A stretch of 37,383 bases of DNA from a virus. Taxonomy: Duplodnaviria; Caudoviricetes. Both the position numbers and the translations under genes were made by a program. Every line of letters starts with the position of its first letter. The stretch's first letter is position 1. Below, piece after piece: positions 25,718 to 33,977 of the stretch. Location: the IMG/VR virus record IMGVR_UViG_3300030376_006832, positions 1 to 37,383 of that record. The stretch is one strand, 5' to 3'. The notes below the pieces were generated by a model. The model searched no databases and was not told the DNA's origin. It saw only the letters and a list, made by a program, of their open reading frames with translations.

Positions 25718-26096
25718 ATATGTACCCCTGTATTCCAGCCCATCGGCCTTTTTTGCCTTCGATGGACTTTTTAAATTTAGCTACCATTTTCTTAACAGCA
25801 GCTAATTGACCTGGAGTCCACTGACCCCAGACTGAAAGAGAGCCACTCATGTTAGTGGCGAACTCATTCCAAGGTTGAGCAACTCTTTGCTCTTCCAAGT
25901 CTTGGACCAACTGCCTCATTCCAGGCTGGTTTAAAAAAGCCAGTCTTTTTTGACCAACTCTAGAAGTCTGCTTACGACGAATAGCATCACGACGAAAGTC
26001 TTCTGCGGTCTTTTTACGACCCCAGATGCTACCATGTTCATGTAGATTGACTTCCTGTTGGAAGGTCATTGGTATCTGATCATTAATTTTTTTCAT
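25710..26096 (-). CDS. Hypothetical early protein
   Basis: GAGGAG RBS after a class A promoter. Confidence 0.75.
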   Translation of the reverse strand: MKKINDQIPMTFQQEVNLHEHGSIWGRKKTAEDFRRDAIRRKQTSRVGQKRLAFLNQPGMRQLVQDLEEQRVAQPWNEFATNMSGSLSVWGQWTPGQLAAVKKMVAKFKKSIEGKKGRWAGIQGYIYE

Positions 26097-26125
26097 AATA
26101 TCTCCTCATTAGTTATTATAGTACC

Positions 26126-26165
26126 AGTATACCTCATAATTAAATGATTGTACATGCTTTTTTTT
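26126..26165 (-). promoter_or_regulatory. Phage early promoter (repeat class A)
   Basis: AAAAAAAAGCA-TGTACA (26149-26154), 17 nt, TATACT (26126-26131). Confidence 0.8.
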
Positions 26166-26188
26166 AAATAAAGCGAAAATAATTATAG

Positions 26189-26206
26189 TGTGATATTAAT
26201 GTAACA
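26189..26206. promoter_or_regulatory. Palindromic operator TGTGAT-N6-GTAACA
   Basis: Third copy of the motif; flanks extend the palindrome (AG...CT). Confidence 0.6.
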
Positions 26207-26207
26207 C

Positions 26208-26879
26208 TTATGAATGAAACTTCTTACGACGATTATACTCATCTCGTGTTTCTATCATGAGATCTATCCAATCGTCTCGAGTTTCTTTGTACATTACAGG
26301 ATGGAAGTTATCAACATCCATAACAATACGAGTATTACTTACAGCCATACCAGTTCTTTCTTCCCACATAACAGCATAAGCTGCAAGTTGAGCAAAATAG
26401 TTTGGTATGTCTATCTTTTTCTTAGGTCGTTTAGATGTTTTAAAATCGATTATTGTAGGAACACCGTCCCATTCAGCAATACAATCACATGTACCTGCTA
26501 ACTTTAGATGATCGCTATACAATGGAGCTTCTGTAGCAAATACTTTGGTAATATGCTTATCTAACAGAGGCTTTAAGTTTTTAAGTGATTGTTGTATGTG
26601 AGGTAGATAGTCGGTTGTATCTTCATTATGTAGATATTTTTCTATTATCTCGTGTACTAATGTACCTCGATTTGCAGCTTGTGTACCGATCTGATTAGCT
26701 TTTTCTGTACCAACCTTCTTTCTCCATGCTGCTATCTTTTCTTCATGTATTATACTCAATACTGTAGTAACAGAAGGATAAGCGTTACCGTCAAGAGTAA
26801 CATAGCGACGACCATCTGCGTGTTCAGCGCGATCCAAGTTATCGTATCCCATATCAATTTTTTCATGTATAAACTCCAT
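26208..26879 (-). CDS. PD-(D/E)xK exonuclease (Cas4/RecB-like, T4-like phage type)
   Basis: YPSVTTVL, RGT.VH, E.PLYS, AGTCDC, IIDFKTS, QLAAYA. Confidence 0.88.
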   Translation of the reverse strand: MEFIHEKIDMGYDNLDRAEHADGRRYVTLDGNAYPSVTTVLSIIHEEKIAAWRKKVGTEKANQIGTQAANRGTLVHEIIEKYLHNEDTTDYLPHIQQSLKNLKPLLDKHITKVFATEAPLYSDHLKLAGTCDCIAEWDGVPTIIDFKTSKRPKKKIDIPNYFAQLAAYAVMWEERTGMAVSNTRIVMDVDNFHPVMYKETRDDWIDLMIETRDEYNRRKKFHS

Positions 26880-26880
26880 A

Positions 26881-27114
26881 TCAAACCTTTATTGTATTAC
26901 CCTTTCCAGATGCTTTTTTGATTTCTTTAAGATGATCTTTCCAACCATCAGATGTTTTACTTAGTAATGATCCTGAACCACCAATAACTGTAGGTGTTAC
27001 TAACATTTGAACTAAGTTGTGATCTTCTTCAAGCATTTTTTGTAGTTCTGTATAGGTACAAAATACGTCAAAGCTTTTCTTTGTTTTGATATTACGCAGC
27101 GTGTAAGTCGGCAT
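26881..27114 (-). CDS. FmdB-like small protein
   Basis: MPTYTL...; C-terminal SDGWKDHLKEIKK; start adjusted to 27114. Confidence 0.65.
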   Translation of the reverse strand: MPTYTLRNIKTKKSFDVFCTYTELQKMLEEDHNLVQMLVTPTVIGGSGSLLSKTSDGWKDHLKEIKKASGKGNTIKV

Positions 27115-27667
27115 TTTGGTATCCTTTCCACCAGTCTGGAGCTTGTCTACGCCATTCCCATTTAGCAAATGGTTTGGCTGCATGATAATAGTTACGATAA
27201 GCTTTTACTGCATCACCAGGTACTTTACAATCTGGGAAATGACTCATAGCTTGTGCAAATTCTGTCAATGGTCCTCGAGATATATTCCTAGGTGGTGCTG
27301 CAAGTAGCATACCAAGGAGATCCCACGTTTTGTGTATCTTTCCTCGTCTGTATTCATATTCTTCTGACATGGCTGTAAAATGGCAATAATGCCATCGATA
27401 GTTATCTTCTGATTCTGTAGTCCATGTAGTACACGGATGATACTTATGCACAGCAAGATAGTATAGTTTATCTCGTACATCACCAAAAGAATAGTATGTT
27501 TGCATAGTTTTACCAGACTTTGATCTTCGTTTTTCTGGTGTACCATCAAGAAGTCTATGCGCTGTACTTAACATCTGCGCAGACTCGACTATCATCTTTG
27601 GTATATGTTTATCACATAGCATTTGTGCTGCTATAGTTGGGTTTTTATCCAAAACAAATATATTCAT
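27092..27667 (-). CDS. Pyrimidine-dimer DNA glycosylase-related protein
   Basis: MNIFVLD, DKHIPKMIVESAQMLSTAH, HPCT.W, EYEYRRGKIH, AYRNYY. Confidence 0.7.
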   Translation of the reverse strand: MNIFVLDKNPTIAAQMLCDKHIPKMIVESAQMLSTAHRLLDGTPEKRRSKSGKTMQTYYSFGDVRDKLYYLAVHKYHPCTTWTTESEDNYRWHYCHFTAMSEEYEYRRGKIHKTWDLLGMLLAAPPRNISRGPLTEFAQAMSHFPDCKVPGDAVKAYRNYYHAAKPFAKWEWRRQAPDWWKGYQNADLHAA

Positions 27668-27918
27668 ATATCAGATCCTCCATTGCTCAACTTTATGGCT
27701 GCTCGTATCTGATTTTCTGTGGTGCAAACTACCTTATGTATATCTCTGTGACCTACATCAAGTATTAGCTTCTTAACAAAGAGATTGATTTGTTGTTTAT
27801 CATTAGCTGCATACATACACTCAGCCTTAGTTTTGAAAGAAGGCTTTTCGAAGACATAACTATCTTGTGTACCATCAGCATATACACCAACAAAAAATAC
27901 TACAATTAACCAATTCAT
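27664..27918 (-). CDS. Small hypothetical protein (hydrophobic N-terminus, two Cys)
   Basis: MNWLIVVFFV...FKTKAEC...VVC. Confidence 0.7.
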   Translation of the reverse strand: MNWLIVVFFVGVYADGTQDSYVFEKPSFKTKAECMYAANDKQQINLFVKKLILDVGHRDIHKVVCTTENQIRAAIKLSNGGSDI

Positions 27919-27923
27919 GATTA

Positions 27924-27953
27924 ATTATACCATATATTATTTAGAAAGTAAAC
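27924..27953 (-). promoter_or_regulatory. Promoter class B (GTTTACT-N17-TATAAT)
   Basis: Same architecture as 17081-17110; ATG 5 nt downstream. Confidence 0.7.
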
Positions 27954-28368
27954 CATTAAATGCTTCTTCTGCTAACTTTTTTGTTATACCCTTTGGAGGC
28001 TTCTTTGCAATCATATTAAGAACAACTAATGCATCATCTGGGTGTATGCCTTCTAATAATCCTATGAAAAGACTTTCTCTTTTCGGTGGACTTAACTTAT
28101 CACCAGGTCCACCTTCGAAGAAGTATCTAAATTGAACGTTCTGTCTAAGGAGATTTGTAGGCGCGCTCTCAGGTCTTGATGCTCTATAAGGCGGTTTACC
28201 TGGAGGCAGATTCCACTTAAAGGCTTCATTAAATGTTCCGTTTAAAATATCCTTTAAAGCCCATGATTCGTGTTGTCTTAATAACTTTATCTTTTCTTCT
28301 TTAGTCTTTGCTGCCGCAACTTTATCTAATACTTCAAATACAAATAAATCTAATTGATTAACTGCCAT
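27937..28368 (-). CDS. Conserved-looking T4-like hypothetical protein
   Basis: WNLPPGKPPY, KRESLFIGLLEGIHPDDA. Confidence 0.75.
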   Translation of the reverse strand: MAVNQLDLFVFEVLDKVAAAKTKEEKIKLLRQHESWALKDILNGTFNEAFKWNLPPGKPPYRASRPESAPTNLLRQNVQFRYFFEGGPGDKLSPPKRESLFIGLLEGIHPDDALVVLNMIAKKPPKGITKKLAEEAFNGLLSK

Positions 28369-28370
28369 AA

Positions 28371-28778
28371 TTATTTCCTTCTTATATGCTTTGAGTGTAT
28401 CTTACACCCAATAAACTCATTGTAGTAATCATCTCTCAATAAAACATCATTATCAAACTGAAGCTTTGCTTCGTAATATGACATCTCACCTTTAGTCTTA
28501 CATAACCTTAAGATTATTCTTTCAAAAAATAACTCATCTTTTGCCTCTGCGAGGAGCTGCAATTCTTTGTTGGAACTGTAGTATGTTTTCCAATCTGACT
28601 CAACCCGAGTACGTACACGACGAGATCTTTTAGAATTTTTAGGGAGGATCTTGGGTTTCCAAAAGTTTTTCTTACCAATATATCGCTTGTTATTATACAG
28701 ATCAACGATCTCATAAACAAAGCCTTGATAATCTTCAGGAGTTTCTTCGAATAATTTATCATCATAAAACCATGCCAT
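28371..28778 (-). CDS. Stand-alone GIY-YIG nuclease-domain protein
   Basis: GFVYEI...RYIGKK, ESDWKTYYSS, YYEAK, YYN. Confidence 0.8.
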   Translation of the reverse strand: MAWFYDDKLFEETPEDYQGFVYEIVDLYNNKRYIGKKNFWKPKILPKNSKRSRRVRTRVESDWKTYYSSNKELQLLAEAKDELFFERIILRLCKTKGEMSYYEAKLQFDNDVLLRDDYYNEFIGCKIHSKHIRRK

Positions 28779-28789
28779 ATAGTTATATA

Positions 28790-29083
28790 TTAAGGACCAC
28801 CACCGTTGCCACCGCTGCCATTGCCATTTCCAGACCCACCGTTTCCATTACCATTTTTATTAGTATTATTTCCATTGCCGTTTCCGTTTCCGTTTCCATT
28901 ACCATTCGTTTTAGGTGGTTCTTCTTGTTTTGGTGTTAAATACCTACCGAAATACGGTCTATATCTTGCAACACGTTTTGCCTTTTTATCGACACACATC
29001 TTCGATTTAGGGTCATACTTGTATCCTGGAGGACACTTAGCTTTTTCTTCTAAACCAATAAGTTGTCTAAATTTAAAAATCAT
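28790..29083 (-). CDS. Hypothetical protein with Cys motif and Asn-Gly repeat tail
   Basis: KCPPGYKYD....CV; (NG)n tail. Confidence 0.7.
   Translation of the reverse strand: MIFKFRQLIGLEEKAKCPPGYKYDPKSKMCVDKKAKRVARYRPYFGRYLTPKQEEPPKTNGNGNGNGNGNGNNTNKNGNGNGGSGNGNGSGGNGGGP
28800..28908 (-). repeat. Coding hexanucleotide repeat (AAYGGN)n encoding Asn-Gly
   Basis: ttccgt x3 and degenerate ccatt/ccgtt units on the plus strand. Confidence 0.85.
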
Positions 29084-29601
29084 TTATAGTATGGATTTTT
29101 TGGATCAGCATCATTTGTTTCATCAGGCCACCAATCAAGCTCATACTTCTTACCAGTAGAAAAAAGTTTCTTCATTCCAAGTATTCTTTTTTCATACTCA
29201 GCTTTCGAAGGTTTAGCTCTGCCTGATACAACATCTAAACAATAATTCAATGTAGTCGCGTTAGCCGTAGTAGAACTACATCTTGCACCAACTTCACCCT
29301 TTAAGAAATCAATCATAATACTACCACTTGATTTAGCAAGATCTGTTGCCATTTCTTCTGGCACTTGAAGATCAACATAGCAATATACAAAGTCATAATG
29401 TGGAGCAGGTGAAGCGTGGAGGATGTATTCGTCTTTAACGACTATTCTTTTAAAGCCATCTTTATTATACCAAACGGTTTGACTATCTGTCATCTCATCT
29501 GGTTTTCCGAACGTTTTTTCAAGATGCTGTGAATACTTTACTGGCTCTTCGTTTTTCCAACTAGTATACGATTCTTTTAAATATTTTCTAAATGAAATCA
29601 T
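29080..29601 (-). CDS. Hypothetical late protein
   Basis: MISFRKYLKE N-terminus; AGGAG RBS; late promoter upstream. Confidence 0.75.
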   Translation of the reverse strand: MISFRKYLKESYTSWKNEEPVKYSQHLEKTFGKPDEMTDSQTVWYNKDGFKRIVVKDEYILHASPAPHYDFVYCYVDLQVPEEMATDLAKSSGSIMIDFLKGEVGARCSSTTANATTLNYCLDVVSGRAKPSKAEYEKRILGMKKLFSTGKKYELDWWPDETNDADPKNPYYK

Positions 29602-29618
29602 GGTAATACTCCTGAGGC

Positions 29619-29626
29619 TATTTATA
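29619..29626 (-). promoter_or_regulatory. T4-type late promoter TATAAATA
   Basis: Exact match 17 nt upstream of the 29601 start. Confidence 0.7.
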
Positions 29627-30353
29627 CATAATCGATATAGTAACCTAATCTTAAATCATTTAAATGTCCGTCTGCCTGATATTTAAATGATTCTGAGTGC
29701 ATATTACCTACAAACGTTAAATGCTCGAGATCTTTATAATCATCACCTTGCCATACTGGATAAACTTTAGAACCTACATTGAGATCCCATATATGATCGT
29801 TACCGCTTCTTAGATGTATTTCAATGATCTTATCATCTTTACTTTCAATGTTTAAGTATCTTTCAGTTTCTATAGAATGTAACCAGTCTGGCAATTCAAA
29901 CTTTGGTTCTATTACTTCCCAGTGTTTAAACTTTACAAGATTGTCTTCACCATAATGATAACCTACCATTGCACTAAAAGGAACCCATTGACCATCTTGT
30001 TTCATAAAATCAATACTATGATGTGTACCATCTATCCATTCACACCAAAAATATCCAGGAGGAATATGTTTGTGATGTATCATATCACTACCATGTTTAT
30101 TAGGATCTAAATATTTTTTATGTGCACCTATTCCCATACCATATAGATTATATGTTGGTCGTATTATGTAGTTGCCAGCTTTTGTTATAGGAACTCCTGC
30201 AGGTCCACAATCATATCCGAGTTTCATAGAAACTTCAAGCTTGTTAAACAACCATCTATATTTTGGATAAGCATCCCAACATTGAAAATCTTCTTCTGAC
30301 TTGTATTCTTTATGCCAAGAAGAATCAAACTCCATAAAAGTTTCAGGCATCAT
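29622..30353 (-). CDS. Hypothetical protein, possibly degenerate ATP-grasp fold
   Basis: YIIRPTYNLYGMGIGA, WCEWIDG.H.SIDF, NIE....IIEIHLR resemble ATP-grasp motifs. Confidence 0.55.
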   Translation of the reverse strand: MMPETFMEFDSSWHKEYKSEEDFQCWDAYPKYRWLFNKLEVSMKLGYDCGPAGVPITKAGNYIIRPTYNLYGMGIGAHKKYLDPNKHGSDMIHHKHIPPGYFWCEWIDGTHHSIDFMKQDGQWVPFSAMVGYHYGEDNLVKFKHWEVIEPKFELPDWLHSIETERYLNIESKDDKIIEIHLRSGNDHIWDLNVGSKVYPVWQGDDYKDLEHLTFVGNMHSESFKYQADGHLNDLRLGYYIDYV

Positions 30354-31032
30354 TTACTCCATTCCATTTATCTGCATCTTCTGGTGTATTGATTTCTATA
30401 CCATTCCATTCTACACCAATCACACCAATTTGTACACCATTTTTTAACCAACGCAATTGTTCTAGCTTTTCAATTCGTTCTTCTCGTGTACTAGTCATAT
30501 TCATATATGATTGTAATGCTTCTCGACGATAACCATATACTCCTAAATGCCAATCTCCATAGCCAGACATGCCACGGCCAAACCATAAGCATTTACCTGC
30601 GCCTCTAACTAATTTTACAGAATTAGGATTGCTTTGTTCTTCCTCAGACATCAAGGTGCATACCGTTGATACTTCATAATCATTTAAAAGTTTTCTGATT
30701 TTTTCTATGATTTCAACCGTTATGTCAGGCATGTCACCTTGAACGTTTATGAAATTCTTATATTTGTGTGACATCATAGTTATTGCATGAGCACATCTTT
30801 CAGTACCATTTGCAAAGTTTTTATCTGATACGATAGTTAAGTCGCACCCTGTAACAGTATTAGAAATTCTAACATCATCAGTGAGAACATAAACAGGAAG
30901 TTTTGTTTTTTTACAGGTATCAACGATTCGTTGTATCATAGTGATACCACCTAAATCGCATAATGGTTTTCCAGGAAATCTTTTACTATCGTATCTTGCA
31001 GGGATTAAAATAGCCGTATCAGTCGTAGTCAT
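30343..31032 (-). CDS. kdsB: CMP-Kdo synthetase (3-deoxy-manno-octulosonate cytidylyltransferase)
   Basis: IPARYDSKRFPGKPL, GTER, NVQGD.P, H.GVYGY, EKLEQLR.L. Confidence 0.93.
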   Translation of the reverse strand: MTTTDTAILIPARYDSKRFPGKPLCDLGGITMIQRIVDTCKKTKLPVYVLTDDVRISNTVTGCDLTIVSDKNFANGTERCAHAITMMSHKYKNFINVQGDMPDITVEIIEKIRKLLNDYEVSTVCTLMSEEEQSNPNSVKLVRGAGKCLWFGRGMSGYGDWHLGVYGYRREALQSYMNMTSTREERIEKLEQLRWLKNGVQIGVIGVEWNGIEINTPEDADKWNGVNDA

Positions 31033-31171
31033 CGTGTCCTAAATCATCATCATGCATTTTACTTTCGGCTTCACTTCTTCTTCCACACATTGGACAATAT
31101 TCTGGAATAGAATCAGCAGTTATTGTTGTGTGTTCTCCACACTCAAAACATTCTATAAAATATTCATCCAT
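31019..31171 (-). CDS. Zinc-ribbon micro-protein, 50 aa (not in ORF track)
   Basis: MDEYFIECFECGEHTTITADSIPEYCPMCGRRSEAESKMHDDDLGHDDYD (CxxC...CPxC). Confidence 0.8.
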   Translation of the reverse strand: MDEYFIECFECGEHTTITADSIPEYCPMCGRRSEAESKMHDDDLGHDDYD

Positions 31172-31406
31172 TAGTAAATTCCGCGATTCGTTCTTCTAAC
31201 TGCTGATAACCACCAATATATTCTTCAGTAAATATTGCTGGAACCGTACGTATGTTTGGGAACTTATTGCGGAATTCTTCCCTATCAATATCTTGTCCTA
31301 TAACTACTTCATTATAATCAATACCGTGATGTCCTAATAATGTTTTAGCCATAACACAGTAACCACAAGGTGGATCATTACGTGTGTATATAGTTAATTC
31401 TTTCAT
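31164..31406 (-). CDS. Glutaredoxin
   Basis: CGYC, RTVPAIF, YIGGY; coupled to nrdJ. Confidence 0.92.
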   Translation of the reverse strand: MKELTIYTRNDPPCGYCVMAKTLLGHHGIDYNEVVIGQDIDREEFRNKFPNIRTVPAIFTEEYIGGYQQLEERIAEFTNG

Positions 31407-33334
31407 TATATTTCACATCCACCAGCAGTACACGCTAACTCTTGTGCACCAATTGTCATATCTTGAGTTTCATATTCTGCGAGCTGAGACCAATCAATAT
31501 TCTTTGGCATCTTCTTCAAAAGATCTTTATATTCATCTTCTGAACAATCTTGATACGGTGCTTGTCTATATGTATGATCACTAAATGGAAGGAAGGATAC
31601 TCCAGACATCCAATCAAAATGCTTATAAACCCAAGAACCTACTTCCATCCATTCAGATTCTTTAACCGATATCGTCACCGAAGGTTTATGCTCACACCAA
31701 TGTTTTTGATACATTAACCAATGCTCGAGCTGTTGTATAGCTGACATATCTGTTCTAAATATAGCTTTCTTATCAACCTTCATAGGAAATGAAAATACTG
31801 CTGTATGGTTTGGGTTCATAACATCATCTTCAATTGGGAACCCTGCAGTTTCCATATACATTGTTAGTGGATCTTTCTTATCACCACGTACAGTTCTTAT
31901 ATAGTATGGATTATGTCTTGCATGTATGCCTGATGCAGCATCTGTTAATTGTGATACAGTTCCGCTTGGCTTGACACACGTGATGGCAGCAGATTCAGGA
32001 ATACCCATTTCTCTTGAAAGTATATAGTTTGTATCTACTGCTTTTTGTTTGAGTTCTTTTAAAAGATTTTCAAGATCTTTATTCTTTGGACTTGTTAGTG
32101 GTGAATCCATAATACCAGTTAATGATACACCTAATAGTCTTTCTTCTTCACAATTATTCTTCCAATGTTTTGATACATATTTAAAATTTGTGAGTGTAGA
32201 TTGCATGGTTCCGAGTATGGTTGCTAATTCTACTTTTTCTAATAATGATTCTTTTGTGTCATTCGCTCTGATGACTACTTCAGATAGGTTACAAAATTCT
32301 CTATCTCTTAGGATAATCTCTGAACATGGATTGGTACCATAATCGTATCCTTCTGTTTTTCTTCTACCGTTTCTTTTTGCTTGCTCCGTTGCAGAAGCTC
32401 TATTAAATATTCCTCTTTCTCCCGATTTCGAATCGTATAACGACTTCCATTCGTCCATAAAAATGCCAATATCTGGTTTTTCCGAATAGGCTGCCGAGTT
32501 ATTTGCGAGAGCCCTTTGACCGTTATGCTCCCACCACTGACCAGCTTTTGCATGTCTCATACGATCGTCTGATAGATTCGATAGCGATATTAATGCCGAC
32601 CTTCTCACACCACCTACAACTACAATTTCTGCAATCTTACACACAATATCATGACATTCGATTGACGATAGCTTTCTACCTGGTGCACCTTTCATAGTTT
32701 CAACAACAAACTTAAATAGACTATCTAATGGCTCTGGACCTGAAGCTCTTCCGCCGAATGTCTTGAGTGGTACACCAGCTGGTCTTACCTTTGATAAATC
32801 CCAACGAGGAATTTGACCAGAGTATAACATTGCAATAAGTTCTTTAAATCCTTTAGCCCAACCTAACTTTGAATCTGCAACTTCTATAACTGTATCAGTT
32901 TCAAAAAATTCTTCTGCAACTATTGGAAGCTGTGATACTTCTTGTCGTTCTACTGAGAAACCTACGCCAGTTCCATTCATCAACACATATAGTATTTCGT
33001 CAAATGCTTGTACTCTATTAACAGCTACGTATGAACAATTATATCCTGCAATGTTCTCTCTTTTAAGAGCTTCTCCTGCAGTCATCAAACATCTCATTGA
33101 TGGCATAATTTGGCAATCTAATACTGCTTCTTCTAATCTTGTTCTTAGTTTTGAATCTAGTTTCCATTTATGCATCTCCATAAGATGCTCTTCAAAATAA
33201 TCAAAGTATCTTTCGATAGTCTCACTCCAAGTTTCTCTTCTACCTTTATCTGGTAGCCATCTTGAGTATCTTGATAAGTGGATGAATTCTTGATATGGGG
33301 TTGGTAAATGATTGTTACGACTAACTGATGGCAT
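31406..33334 (-). CDS. nrdJ: Class II (adenosylcobalamin-dependent) ribonucleotide reductase
   Basis: PSMR, YNCSY, GTGVGFS, GGVRRSA, TNPCSEI, FCNLSEV, TCVKPSGT, C-terminal ACTAGGCE; no adjacent nrdB. Confidence 0.93.
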   Translation of the reverse strand: MPSVSRNNHLPTPYQEFIHLSRYSRWLPDKGRRETWSETIERYFDYFEEHLMEMHKWKLDSKLRTRLEEAVLDCQIMPSMRCLMTAGEALKRENIAGYNCSYVAVNRVQAFDEILYVLMNGTGVGFSVERQEVSQLPIVAEEFFETDTVIEVADSKLGWAKGFKELIAMLYSGQIPRWDLSKVRPAGVPLKTFGGRASGPEPLDSLFKFVVETMKGAPGRKLSSIECHDIVCKIAEIVVVGGVRRSALISLSNLSDDRMRHAKAGQWWEHNGQRALANNSAAYSEKPDIGIFMDEWKSLYDSKSGERGIFNRASATEQAKRNGRRKTEGYDYGTNPCSEIILRDREFCNLSEVVIRANDTKESLLEKVELATILGTMQSTLTNFKYVSKHWKNNCEEERLLGVSLTGIMDSPLTSPKNKDLENLLKELKQKAVDTNYILSREMGIPESAAITCVKPSGTVSQLTDAASGIHARHNPYYIRTVRGDKKDPLTMYMETAGFPIEDDVMNPNHTAVFSFPMKVDKKAIFRTDMSAIQQLEHWLMYQKHWCEHKPSVTISVKESEWMEVGSWVYKHFDWMSGVSFLPFSDHTYRQAPYQDCSEDEYKDLLKKMPKNIDWSQLAEYETQDMTIGAQELACTAGGCEI

Positions 33335-33376
33335 TAGTTACCTCTTACGATAATGGGTTGATTTTCTATTGGTGAT

Positions 33377-33409
33377 ATCTAGTATGTATACGTATATGAT
33401 ATACTAGAT
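33377..33409. repeat. Inverted repeat upstream of nrdJ
   Basis: ATCTAGTAT (33377-33385) / ATACTAGAT (33401-33409) enclosing palindrome TATACGTATA. Confidence 0.7.
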
Positions 33410-33438
33410 GCAGCTTATGTGCGAAAAAAATATATTTT

Positions 33439-33651
33439 TTAGAAGTATTTTTTCAACATCTCGATTTGATCGTCGTATCTTGCAACTACGTCGAGTTCTT
33501 GTTCTATGGCTTCAAGCACATCTGGATGTTTTTCGCCACCAATACCTGCGGCATTTCTAAAATATATCATTACGTTCATCTTATGTTTATCGATATGACC
33601 TTGTGCATGCGATATCATAGCTTGTTTAATATCTTCTCGGATTGTTCCCAT
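33439..33651 (-). CDS. Conserved-looking small T4-like phage protein
   Basis: HAQGHIDKHKMNV...GIG.EKHPDVLEAIE; start adjusted to MGTIRE. Confidence 0.7.
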   Translation of the reverse strand: MGTIREDIKQAMISHAQGHIDKHKMNVMIYFRNAAGIGGEKHPDVLEAIEQELDVVARYDDQIEMLKKYF

Positions 33652-33937
33652 TTTTATTATTCGCCTTTTCAAGTTGTTGTATTCTAAACTCTAAATTATC
33701 TATCTTCTTTGTTATATGTGGATATTTGTCTCGCCAATCGCTATATGGTTTTTCTAACCATTTCCAATTAAATTTCTTAACCAGATAGTCTAAAAAATTA
33801 TTAAACTTATCATAAGCCCACAGCCCCATCCTTGTTGTTTGGAACCATGCTAAGAATGCAGCACCAAATAATGATCCTACAATAGCTGTATAAATCCAAA
33901 GACGATCACTCGTCATTCTTTCTATCATTTCCCACAT
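33626..33937 (-). CDS. Hypothetical single-TM protein
   Basis: LWIYTAIVGSLFGAAFLAWF plus C-terminal coil. Confidence 0.7.
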   Translation of the reverse strand: MWEMIERMTSDRLWIYTAIVGSLFGAAFLAWFQTTRMGLWAYDKFNNFLDYLVKKFNWKWLEKPYSDWRDKYPHITKKIDNLEFRIQQLEKANNKNGNNPRRY

Positions 33938-33945
33938 ACTAGTAT

Positions 33946-33975
33946 ATTATACCAAATTTTGTTGATAATGTAAAC
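33946..33975 (-). promoter_or_regulatory. Promoter class B (GTTTACA-N17-TATAAT)
   Basis: Third copy of the class B architecture. Confidence 0.75.
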
Positions 33976-33977
33976 AT

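Noticed and set aside
26208-26879. Cas4-like nuclease as a sign of CRISPR-Cas
   Set aside because: No repeat-spacer array or other cas genes seen and no four-Cys Fe-S motif; this exonuclease type is common in T4-like phages.
28371-28778. Mobile homing endonuclease
   Set aside because: Only the catalytic GIY-YIG domain (135 aa); no DNA-binding extension and no intron context.
28806-29159. Plus-strand Pro/Phe-rich 117-aa ORF
   Set aside because: Antisense shadow of the Asn-Gly repeat gene.
31406-33334. Intein or intron in nrdJ
   Set aside because: Continuous 642-aa ORF with no insertion or splice motifs.
33335-33438. Cobalamin riboswitch or canonical tandem NrdR boxes upstream of nrdJ
   Set aside because: Region is short and AT-rich with no B12-box; only partial half-site similarity to NrdR boxes.
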